Shown here piece by piece: positions 55,867-64,000 of a DNA stretch of 64,000 nt. Numbering within the stretch: position 1 is the stretch's first letter; each line of letters begins with the position of its first letter. The notes below the pieces were generated by a model. That model did no database searches, was not told where the DNA came from, and worked only from the letters and a program-made list of their open reading frames with translations. This DNA is from Planctomycetota bacterium (GTDB lineage: Bacteria; Planctomycetota; UBA1135; UBA2386): contig OZ245006.1 in the NCBI GenBank assembly GCA_965223545.1, positions 3,904,001 to 3,968,000 on the forward strand, given 5' to 3'. Both the position numbers and the translations under genes were made by a program.

Positions 55867-55879
55867 ACCGAGGCTCCGC

Positions 55880-58231
55880 TCAGTAGCGCGAGGCCTCGAC
55901 CGCCCACGTCGACGGCGCCCGCCACACCTCTTCGCCCTGCGCGTCGAACTCGCGCACGTGGGCGTTCTCGGCGACGAGCGTGTGACCGTTGGCGAGGCGG
56001 TCCGCGTCGCTGGGCGCGTTGAGGTCCTGGAGCTTGGCGACGACGACGCCGTCGGGGTCGATCTCCCACACCGCGTTGAGGGTGCGCAGGGTGACGAGCG
56101 TGTTGCCGTTGACCAAGCGGTCCACATCGTGCACTGACGGAAGGTCACGCACTTCCCAAACCAACTCGCCGTCCGGCGCGACTTCCAGCACTCGATCACC
56201 GAGCGTATCGCCGATCAGCGTGTTGCCGTTGGCGAGCCGCTCCACGTCGAACGGGCGGATCTCGGTGTCGTAGCGCCAGACGATCTTGCCGTCGGGGCTC
56301 ACCTCGATGACCTCCCCGGCAAACGTGTTGGCGATCAGCGTGTTGCCGTTCGGCAGGCGATCCGCGTCGTACGGGTTGCGGAGGTTCTCGTAGCTCCAGT
56401 GAAGGTTGCCGGCGAGGTCGATTTCGGACACGCGGCTGACCGAGAACTCGGTCACCAGCCAACGGTCCGTGCCGATCGGCTCGACATCCCAGGCGCCGTA
56501 GATCTCACGCTGGTCGTGGGTCACGCGGCCGTTCGCGTCCAGCTGCAGCAGCCGGTTGTCGGAGTAGTCCGCTACCAAAGTGCACGTCGGCGCCGCCGGC
56601 GGCGGGGCCAGCGGGGCTCCCAACGCGCCGTTGCGCACCAGCGGCTTCTGGGCCAAGTCCATCGTGAGCACGACCGCTTCGCCCACCGACCACGGCGGCT
56701 CACCGCTGACCGACACGAACAAGTACTCGTCGTCGGCGAGCACGATCCTGCCAGTGCGCCGCACCTTTCCCATCGACACCGCGACTGGCTCATCGGCCGC
56801 GATCTGCCGCGGCAACGCCACCGCCCCGAGCAACTCGAGGGTCGTGACCCGACGTGCCACGTGGCGAACGCGCGCGGCAACCCGAGGCCACTCGATCGCT
56901 TCCCTGCGACAGACCTCCGCGCCGACCGCCACCGCCACGCCAGCGGCGCTGCGACCGAACACCACGCGATCCTCCACGTGGGCGACCGTCAGCGGAGTCT
57001 TTTGGTCACAGAGCCACAGCTGGGTCTCGCCGTCGGGGAGGCGGACGCCTGGTGCCAGCTCGATGGTGACCACGTCACCCGACACGTGCACCACTCGCCC
57101 GACGATGACCCACTCGGTGCCGATTCCGTCGCCCGCGGCCAGCGGCGTCGCCGGCTCTTGCCGGGACGTCGGCCCGGGTTCTTGGGCCGTCCCGCTCCAG
57201 ACCGGCAACGAAACCAAGACCAAGGCCATCGCCACCGCGCGGCCGCCGCGAGCCGACGGCCGGGTGCCACCCGGCCGCATCACCGCGGTCATTCGCCGGC
57301 GAAACGCCGCCAAGCCCGGACTGCGGGCGGCCGCTGCCAGAACCGGCTGCGGGCCGTGTGCACTCAATGTCATCAGAGCCTCCACGTACTGGCGCGGCGC
57401 CACCGGGCGCACCCGCAGCGCGCGAGCATCACAGGCCTGCTCGGCGCACTCGCGCAGCCGCAACCGCATCCACCAAAACAACGGATTCCACCAGTGCAGC
57501 ACGGCGCCGATCGCTTCGAGCCGCGCCACCCAGTGGTCGCGCCGCTGCAGGTGCGCGAGCTCGTGCGCCAGCACCGCCGCGCGCAGCCGCGGCTCGAGCG
57601 CGACACCACCCGCAGGCCAATACAGCCTGGTGCGCAGCAGACCACCGACGCACGGCACGCGCAGCGCGCGCGGGCAGCACACGCGCGGCGGCCGCATGCG
57701 CAGCTGGCCGGCGATCTCTTCGACCTCGCGCACCAGCGACTGCTCCGGAGCACTCTGCGCACGGCACACGCGAGCGGCGCGGAGCGCGCGGCGTGCCGAC
57801 CACAGGACGAGACCGAAGGCGCCGGCGAGCCAGCCGGCGAACCACCAACGGGAGATCGCGACCGCGGGCGCGACCACCTGCCGCTCGGCCGTGGGCCGCG
57901 GCTTCGACACTGGGGTCGCGATGCCATTACCCTCGGCGCCGCGCGCGGCCCGCGGCATCGCGGCGGCGGCGGAGGCGGAGGCGCGCTCGACGGCAAGCGC
58001 CGGCCGGGCCGCATCCGCGGCGTGCAGCGCCCCGGACTGCGCGTCGAGGCGAAGCTCGATTCCTGCGATCGCATCCCAACGGACCAACGGCGGCGCGCAC
58101 AGCTTGACCAGCACCACCAACCACAGCACGTGCAGCACCGCGGGCCGGCTGCGCAGCAAAGGTCCCACCGCGACCACGGCCGCCGACAGCAGGGCGGCGA
58201 TCACGGTGTTCTCGATCAACCAGTTCATCAT
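55880..58231 (-). CDS. BlaR1/M56-family membrane metallopeptidase with C-terminal beta-propeller sensor
   Basis: HVLWLVVLVKL, LAHELAHLQRRDHW, WWNPLFW, EQACD; repeats DADRLPNGNTLI / DVERLANGNTLI / DVDRLVNGNTLV. Confidence 0.9.
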   Translation of the reverse strand: MMNWLIENTVIAALLSAAVVAVGPLLRSRPAVLHVLWLVVLVKLCAPPLVRWDAIAGIELRLDAQSGALHAADAARPALAVERASASAAAAMPRAARGAEGNGIATPVSKPRPTAERQVVAPAVAISRWWFAGWLAGAFGLVLWSARRALRAARVCRAQSAPEQSLVREVEEIAGQLRMRPPRVCCPRALRVPCVGGLLRTRLYWPAGGVALEPRLRAAVLAHELAHLQRRDHWVARLEAIGAVLHWWNPLFWWMRLRLRECAEQACDARALRVRPVAPRQYVEALMTLSAHGPQPVLAAAARSPGLAAFRRRMTAVMRPGGTRPSARGGRAVAMALVLVSLPVWSGTAQEPGPTSRQEPATPLAAGDGIGTEWVIVGRVVHVSGDVVTIELAPGVRLPDGETQLWLCDQKTPLTVAHVEDRVVFGRSAAGVAVAVGAEVCRREAIEWPRVAARVRHVARRVTTLELLGAVALPRQIAADEPVAVSMGKVRRTGRIVLADDEYLFVSVSGEPPWSVGEAVVLTMDLAQKPLVRNGALGAPLAPPPAAPTCTLVADYSDNRLLQLDANGRVTHDQREIYGAWDVEPIGTDRWLVTEFSVSRVSEIDLAGNLHWSYENLRNPYDADRLPNGNTLIANTFAGEVIEVSPDGKIVWRYDTEIRPFDVERLANGNTLIGDTLGDRVLEVAPDGELVWEVRDLPSVHDVDRLVNGNTLVTLRTLNAVWEIDPDGVVVAKLQDLNAPSDADRLANGHTLVAENAHVREFDAQGEEVWRAPSTWAVEASRY

Positions 58232-58242
58232 CGTTGCACCTC

Positions 58243-58650
58243 TCAGCTCTTCCTGCGCCGCCGCTGGTCTTGCCCGGCCCGCGCCTCCAGCTCGTCGAGC
58301 AGGTCGCGAAGCTCGGCGAGCTCGCGCGCCTTCCACCGGCGCCCGGTGACGAACCCGTGCATCGCCGAGACGACCGAGCCACCCGCCAAGTCGCGGGCCA
58401 GGTCGTCGAGGCGGCGCGCCAGCAATGCGCTCTTGCTGACCGCGGCGTGGTAGGTCGCGCCCCCCGCGGTGCGCTCGCGCTCGACGAACCCCTTCTGCTC
58501 CAAACGATGCAGCAGTGTCTGCACGGTGGTGAACGCCCACTGCCCGGCGGGCAACAACGCGAGCAGCTCGCGCACGCGGCAGCCGCCGTGATCCCACAGC
58601 TGCCGCAGGACCTCGAGCTCGGCTTCACTGACCTGGGGAAGTTTCGTCAC
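58243..58650 (-). CDS. BlaI/MecI/CopY-family repressor
   Basis: SEAELEVLRQLW, TTVQTLLHRLEQKGFV. Confidence 0.93.
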   Translation of the reverse strand: MTKLPQVSEAELEVLRQLWDHGGCRVRELLALLPAGQWAFTTVQTLLHRLEQKGFVERERTAGGATYHAAVSKSALLARRLDDLARDLAGGSVVSAMHGFVTGRRWKARELAELRDLLDELEARAGQDQRRRRKS

Positions 58651-58660
58651 GCAGTCGCTC

Positions 58661-58706
58661 CACTACAGCGTGTCGTGCTATACACGACAGTTTGTAGTGT
58701 TGTCAA
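58661..58706 (-). promoter_or_regulatory. BlaI-type tandem operators and promoter
   Basis: CACTACA-GCG-TGTCGTG (58661-58677) and CACGACA-GTT-TGTAGTG (58683-58699), TACA/TGTA-type boxes; minus-strand TTGACA at 58706-58701 and TATAGC 18 bp downstream. Confidence 0.82.
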
Positions 58707-59089
58707 CGGGGGCGCCCGGCACCGATCACCAACGTCACCGGGCTGCCCAGGGCCGCCAGAGGCAGGTGGACACCCGTCGCGGCAGGCGAACTCGTGCCGG
58801 TCCAAGTTCCAGGGGTACCCCGGAAGCGCGCCGATGGCCGGCCGCAGCCGGCGTCAGGCCGCTCGAGTACGCAGTCAACCGCGCCGCTGGGTCGCGGACG
58901 TCGACCGCGACACGCGCGCCCTCGACCGGCACCAACGATTCGTTGAGCACGCGCGACCGCGGCGGCGTTGAGTGGTAGACGACGCCACCGAGACCGACCA
59001 CTCTGGTCCGCGATCGAGACCTCCAGCGACAAGAGGGTGCGCAACGCGAGAGAGATCCGCGGCCGGCTCGCGCAGGCGCGACCGTCGGG

Positions 59090-60796
59090 CTACCCGGCTT
59101 CTTGCGCCGTCCGCGCCCGGCGCTCGATCTCGCGGGCGCGGAGCTCGCGGCGCAGGATCTTCAGCACCGCACTCTTCGGCAGCTCGTCGAGAAACTCGAT
59201 CTCACGGGGCACCTTGTAGCGGGCCAGCTTCTCGCCGCAGTAGGCGCGCAGCTCGTCGACGGTGGCGTTCGCATTGGCGCGCAGGACGATGAACGACTTG
59301 ACGGTCTCGCCGCGGACGTCGTCCGGCACGCCGATCGTCGCGGTCTCCAGCACAGCCGGGTGCGCCATCAACACCTGGTCGACCTCGTCGGGGTACACCT
59401 TGAACCCCGAGCAGTTGATCATGTCCTTGGTGCGGCCGACGATGCGGAAGTAGCCATCCTCGTCCATCACCGCCAGATCGCCGGTGTGCAGCCAGCCGTC
59501 GCGCAGCGCTTTGGCGCTCTCCTCCGGCTGCTTCCAATAGCCGCGCATGACCTGCGGGCCGCGGATCACCAGCTCGCCCTCGGTGCCGACCGGCAGCTCG
59601 GTGCAGCCGTCCTCGGGATCGACGATGCGCACGTCGGTGTCCGGCACCGGAACGCCGACCGAGCCGATCTTGCGCGCCCCCTTCATCGGCGTGACGTGCG
59701 TCACCGGCGACGTCTCGGACATGCCGAACCCCTCGAGGATCCGCCCGCCCGTCAGCTGCTCGAACCGGTCGAGCACGTCCTTGGGCAACGGCGCGGAGCC
59801 GGAAAAGCACGCCTTGACGCTGGAAACATCGACCTTGTCGATGCCGGGGAAGTTGTTGATCGCGTTGAACATCGCCGGCACCGCCGGCAACAGGGTCACC
59901 TTGTGGCGCGCGATGTTGCGCACCATCACGTCGATGGCGCGCGGATCGGTCTGCAACACCATCGCCGCACCGCTCCAGATCGGCCAGTTCATGGCGTTGG
60001 TCATGCCGAACACGTGGAACAGCGGCAGCGCGGCGAGGATCACCTCCTTGCCGAGCTCACAGTCTTGAAACCAGGCGGCGACCTGCTGGGTGTTGTAGGC
60101 GAGGTTGCCGTGGGTCAGCATCGCGCCCTTGGACAAGCCGGTCGTGCCGCCGGTGTACTGCAGCACCGCCAGGTCCTCCATGCCGACTTCGACTTCGGGC
60201 ACGGCCGGCTCCGTGGCGCGCACCAGATCGCGAAACAGGTGCACCTCCTCCGACGGCTGCACCGACGCGATCGCCGGAGGGTTGCGCCGCTTCAGCGTGA
60301 ACGGCGCCAGCTGCCGCATCGGAAACCGCAGGTACTCGGGGATCGAGGCCAGCACGTAGTGCTGCACCGGCAGCCGTTGGCGGATGTCCGCGAGCTTCTG
60401 CTCGTAGATGAAGTCCATCACCAGAGCCACGTCCACCCCGGCGTCGGTCCACTGGTGCTCGATCTCGTACGCGGTGTAGATCGGGTTGGTCATCACCACG
60501 ACCCCACCGAGGCGCAGCACGGCGTGGTAGCCGATCACCAGCTGCGGCAGGTTCGGCATTTGGATCGCCACCCGCGTCCCCTTGGTCACGCCGAGCGCGG
60601 CCAGTGCGGTCGCCATCCGCGCCACCTCGTCCTCGAGCTGGCGGTAGGTCAGCTTCGCATTGAGACAGAGGATCGCGGTGCTGTCGGGAAACGCCTCAGC
60701 CGTGCGCCCAACCCACCGTGACAGCGGCACTGGATCGAACTCGAGGCTGCGCGGGACCCCCTCGTCGTACGAGCGGTGCCACACGCGTTCTTCCAT
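59090..60796 (-). CDS. fadD: Long-chain-fatty-acid--CoA ligase (FadD-like)
   Basis: LQYTGGTTGLSKG, LPLFHVFG, EGFGMSET, GPQVMRGYW, WLHTGD. Confidence 0.9.
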   Translation of the reverse strand: MEERVWHRSYDEGVPRSLEFDPVPLSRWVGRTAEAFPDSTAILCLNAKLTYRQLEDEVARMATALAALGVTKGTRVAIQMPNLPQLVIGYHAVLRLGGVVVMTNPIYTAYEIEHQWTDAGVDVALVMDFIYEQKLADIRQRLPVQHYVLASIPEYLRFPMRQLAPFTLKRRNPPAIASVQPSEEVHLFRDLVRATEPAVPEVEVGMEDLAVLQYTGGTTGLSKGAMLTHGNLAYNTQQVAAWFQDCELGKEVILAALPLFHVFGMTNAMNWPIWSGAAMVLQTDPRAIDVMVRNIARHKVTLLPAVPAMFNAINNFPGIDKVDVSSVKACFSGSAPLPKDVLDRFEQLTGGRILEGFGMSETSPVTHVTPMKGARKIGSVGVPVPDTDVRIVDPEDGCTELPVGTEGELVIRGPQVMRGYWKQPEESAKALRDGWLHTGDLAVMDEDGYFRIVGRTKDMINCSGFKVYPDEVDQVLMAHPAVLETATIGVPDDVRGETVKSFIVLRANANATVDELRAYCGEKLARYKVPREIEFLDELPKSAVLKILRRELRAREIERRARTAQEAG

Positions 60797-60935
60797 GGTG
60801 TCTCTGTCGGACGCGGACCCGACCCGACCCAAGCGCGAATTCCCAGCTTCGGCCAGCGCCGGTCGGGCTGGTCACAAGGGGGCTTCTTGTCACTAGTTCC
60901 GGGCGGCGACGAGGTTGCGAATCCGCGCCGAGAGA

Positions 60936-62984
60936 TCAGAAACCGCCCTCGCGCAGCTCTTCCAACACGCGGCTGGCGTCGTAGATGACCGCAAGTGCCT
61001 GCTCGATCGCCTCGGTGTGTACGCAAACCGAACGCTGCACCCGGTCGCGGAACAAGAACTCGTTGCCGAGTGACTCGATGTTGCCGTCGAAGAGCAGGCC
61101 GACGAGCTGTCGGTCGGCGTTGATCACGGGACTTCCCGAATTGCCGCCGGTCGTGTCGTTGGTGCAAACGAAGTTGACGGACTTGGCCAGGTCCACGCGA
61201 TCCCGACGCTGCAACCACACCGGCGGAAGATCGAACGGGTGAGTGTCGTCGAACTCGGCGTTGCGGGCATAAAGGCCGTAGAAGACCGTGCGGTGGGGTG
61301 CCACCGTGCCGTTGTAGTCGTAGCCGGCGACAACGCCGTCCGAGAAGCGCAGGGTGAACGTGGCGTCGGGGCTGACCGCCGTTCCGTAGGCCGCGAACAG
61401 CGCCTGCCCGAGGCGGGCGCCGAGCGCCTTCTCCCGCGCCGAGAGCTCGGCTTCGCGCGCGGCACCCGCGTCGGCCAACGGCAACAGCGCGCCGGCGACC
61501 ACCAGCGCCGGGTCGGCGCTGTTGAACACCACGCGCGATCCCGACTCCGCCATCTTCTCCACCCACTCGAGCTCGCCGAGTCGGCTGGCGGTGGCGAGGT
61601 GCGCCGCCGCCTCCTCCGGCTGGTTTCCGCCGAGCACCGAGCGCAAGAACGGGTCGCTCGCCGGCAACCAGCGCGCGGCGCGACGCAGGTGGTCGGCGAA
61701 GGCCGCGGTCGCCACCGGGCTCATCTCGACCGGCATCCGCGCCGCCGTGCGCAGCGCGGCCTGATCGTCGGAATGGGCGGCACGGAGCAGCGCCAGCCCC
61801 TTGGCCAGATGCCGCGAGCCGCCCGGAGTGTGAAAGCGGATCGCCGCCTCGGCCGCGGCGCGCTCTCGCGCGACCTGCTCGAGACTGGACCACAGATCAC
61901 CGTAGCGCGCCCGCAGCGCGGGATCGGCCTCGATGCGCCGCCGGAACTCGCGTTCGGCACCCGCCTTGGCCGCCACGAACTCCGCATCGAGCAGGGTCTC
62001 GTGCATACCGCGGTAGGCCTTTTGCGAGTTCTCGAAGCGCAGGATCTGCGTGCGCAACTGCGCTTGCGCGTCGCTACCGGCCGCCGCGTGGGTGCGCAGC
62101 ACCTGCAGCTGGCCGTCGATCAGCTCGCGCACGATCGGATAACGCACGTCCGCCAAGAACCGCATCTGCGCCGCGGTCAGCTGCCGCTGCGTCGTCCCCG
62201 GATTGCCGGTGACGAACACCACCTCGCCGCGCTGCGCACCGACCTCGCTCCAGCGGAAGTGGGCGCCGGTGGTATCGGCCGGCGCACCGTCCTCGTACGC
62301 GCGGCACAGAGCGAAGTCGATGCTGAACCGGGGATAGGTGAAGTTGTCCGGGTCGCCGCCGAAGTGAGCCGTCTGCAGGTGCGGCGCACACACCAGACGA
62401 ACGTCGGTGTAGACCTTGTAGGAGTAGAGGTGGAACCGTGCGCCCTGGAAGAGCGTGACGACCTCGTGACTCCACTCCGGCCGCGCGGCCGCGGCTGCCG
62501 CCAACACCGCGGCTCGATTCTCGGCGCGCTGCCGCTCGGCCTCTTCGGCAGACGCGTCGCCGGCGACCCCCTCTGCCATCGCTTCGGTCACATCCTCGGT
62601 CGCCATCAGCTGCTGCACGGTCAGACCATCCAGCCGCACCTCGTCTTCCAACCCGCTGGCGACGAAGCCGTCCGCAACCCAATCGCGATCCCCTTGGTTG
62701 CGGGCGATGTCGCCGCGCACGCAGTGATGATTGGTGAGGATCAAGCCCTTGGCCGAGACGAACGAAGCCGAGCAGCCGGCACCGAAGCGCAGCGATGCCA
62801 GCCGCACGAGATCGAACCAATCCGCGCCCGGGGCGAAATCATGCGTCTCCTTCAGGTATTCGAGCGGCGGGTCCTCGAACAGCCACATCTTGCCCAGGCC
62901 GAGGTTGGCCTGCGCGCCGATCGGACCGGCGAGGGCGACGAGCGCCGACAGGATGAGCGGGACCCGGTGCAGTTGCCGCAGCAT
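60936..62984 (-). CDS. S46-family dipeptidyl peptidase (DPP7/DAP BII-like); start uncertain
   Basis: Signal peptide, KMWL, GCSASFVS..GLILTNHHC, FGGDPDNF.YPR, DTTGGNSGSPV, LLFDGN. Confidence 0.93.
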   Translation of the reverse strand: MLRQLHRVPLILSALVALAGPIGAQANLGLGKMWLFEDPPLEYLKETHDFAPGADWFDLVRLASLRFGAGCSASFVSAKGLILTNHHCVRGDIARNQGDRDWVADGFVASGLEDEVRLDGLTVQQLMATEDVTEAMAEGVAGDASAEEAERQRAENRAAVLAAAAAARPEWSHEVVTLFQGARFHLYSYKVYTDVRLVCAPHLQTAHFGGDPDNFTYPRFSIDFALCRAYEDGAPADTTGAHFRWSEVGAQRGEVVFVTGNPGTTQRQLTAAQMRFLADVRYPIVRELIDGQLQVLRTHAAAGSDAQAQLRTQILRFENSQKAYRGMHETLLDAEFVAAKAGAEREFRRRIEADPALRARYGDLWSSLEQVARERAAAEAAIRFHTPGGSRHLAKGLALLRAAHSDDQAALRTAARMPVEMSPVATAAFADHLRRAARWLPASDPFLRSVLGGNQPEEAAAHLATASRLGELEWVEKMAESGSRVVFNSADPALVVAGALLPLADAGAAREAELSAREKALGARLGQALFAAYGTAVSPDATFTLRFSDGVVAGYDYNGTVAPHRTVFYGLYARNAEFDDTHPFDLPPVWLQRRDRVDLAKSVNFVCTNDTTGGNSGSPVINADRQLVGLLFDGNIESLGNEFLFRDRVQRSVCVHTEAIEQALAVIYDASRVLEELREGGF

Positions 62985-63078
62985 GCACCGCATCATGCGG
63001 CTCGCCGCGCCGAGCGACAACGCCGACAGTCGACACCTCGGTCGCGATCGTCGGTGCGGTCGGCGGTAGGATGCCGGC

Positions 63079-64000
63079 GTGTCCGGCCCAGGCCCCGCCC
63101 TTGTCCTCGCCTACCGCCGCACTGGCAAGTTCGCCTTCCACGCCCTGATCGGCGCCTTGGAACGCGACCCGGAGCTGGCGGCGACGCCGGTGATCTTTGC
63201 CACTTCGGACGCCGAGATGGCCGCGGCCATCGTCGGACAATCCGCCGCCGGGCACACCACCATCGGCTGCTGGTCGTTCTACTCGCCCGACTTCACGCGC
63301 GCGGCCGGCGGCTTGCAGGCAGTGCGCGCCCGCACCGAGGGCCACGCAGCCCTGCACCTCGCCGGCGGCGTGCACGCCACCGCCGAAGCCGAGCAAACCC
63401 TGCGCGCCGGCTTCGACTTGGTAGCACTCGGCGAGGGCGAAGTCGTCCTGCTCGAGCTGCTGCGCACGGTTCGTGCCGGCGCGGACCCGCGCGAGAGCGC
63501 CGGCATCGCCAGCTTGCGCGGCGGACAGCTGCGCCGCAATCCGCGCCCCCCGCCGATCGAGCTCGACGACTATCCACCGTTCGCCTTGGGTCACCGCCGC
63601 TTCGGCCCGATCGAGATCACCCGCGGCTGTGCGTACGCCTGCAAGTTCTGCCAGACGCCGTTCTTCTCCAAGGCGCGCTTTCGCAACCGCAGCGTGGAGA
63701 ACGTCTGCCATTGGGTCGCGGAGCTGCGCGACCGCGGCTTTCGCGACTACCGCTTTTTGACGCCGACCTCGCTGAGCTACGGCACCGCCACCGAGGAGCC
63801 CGACCTCGCAGCCGTCGACGCACTGCTGCAGGGCGTGCGCCAAACCGCGGGTCCACACGCCAAGATCTTCTACGGCACGTTCCCGTCCGAGGTGCGGCCG
63901 GAGCACGTCAGCGCCGAGGCGCTGGCGATCCTGCGCCGGTGGATCGACAACGACACCCTGATCCTGGGCGGACAATCGGGCTCCGATCGCGTCCTCGAGC
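63079..64000 (+). CDS. B12-binding-domain radical SAM protein (TIGR04013-like), runs off the window; absent from the ORF track
   Basis: GTG 63079 reads SGPGPALVLAYRRTGKFAFHALIGAL...LAGGVHAT...GEGE...PIEITRGCAYACKFCQTP (CxxxCxxC)...FPSEVRPE. Confidence 0.88.
   Translation, partial: MSGPGPALVLAYRRTGKFAFHALIGALERDPELAATPVIFATSDAEMAAAIVGQSAAGHTTIGCWSFYSPDFTRAAGGLQAVRARTEGHAALHLAGGVHATAEAEQTLRAGFDLVALGEGEVVLLELLRTVRAGADPRESAGIASLRGGQLRRNPRPPPIELDDYPPFALGHRRFGPIEITRGCAYACKFCQTPFFSKARFRNRSVENVCHWVAELRDRGFRDYRFLTPTSLSYGTATEEPDLAAVDALLQGVRQTAGPHAKIFYGTFPSEVRPEHVSAEALAILRRWIDNDTLILGGQSGSDRVLE

Noticed and set aside
268..63975. Many long Arg/Ala/Gly-rich overlapping ORFs in the track (e.g. 1420-2793, 2666-4207, 16537-18639, 54172-56199, 56399-58453, 62839-63975)
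   Set aside because: Shadow frames expected in high-GC DNA; they overlap motif-supported genes and have no recognisable motifs.
1..64000. Genome-wide TGA reassignment (code 4/25)
   Set aside because: TGA ends many genes at their expected C-termini (sbcC, dps, oxyR itself, sheath, tube, PAAR) and forms ATGA/GTGA overlaps.
1..64000. tRNA, rRNA or Sec machinery genes (selA/B/C/D)
   Set aside because: None recognised in this window; the Sec interpretation requires them elsewhere in the genome.

Overview
High-GC bacterial DNA. The ECF sigma + Ser/Thr kinase pair, the BlaI/M56 pair and several secreted proteins sharing a C-terminal domain suggest a Planctomycetota-like host (inference). Three main systems stand out. 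(1) 2864-5099: a peroxide-defence locus (peroxiredoxin-glutaredoxin fusion <- dps <- | -> oxyR). Both the peroxiredoxin and the OxyR have an in-frame TGA exactly at their peroxide-reactive cysteine, and each TGA is followed by a near-identical SECIS-like hairpin (GC[A/G]GTCTGC). This points to a selenocysteine-containing OxyR controlling a selenoperoxiredoxin, and the ORF track splits both genes. (2) 8810-13203: a REP-associated tyrosine transposase (RAYT) flanked by two inverted IS110 copies. Each appears inserted at the same position of a 27-bp inverted REP-like palindromic repeat, and the upstream non-coding region has bridge-RNA-like guide matches. (3) ~19.5-47.7 kb: an apparently complete extracellular contractile injection system (eCIS) operon with a DUF4157-nuclease effector, a -1 frameshift tail chaperone and four paralogous fibre-like genes. 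The rest is housekeeping or accessory: sbcC, acyltransferase, dynamin-like GTPase, hydrolases, LuxR/TetR/BlaI regulators, acyl-CoA ligase, S46 peptidase and a radical SAM protein. All calls come from reading motifs by eye; no database searches were run.
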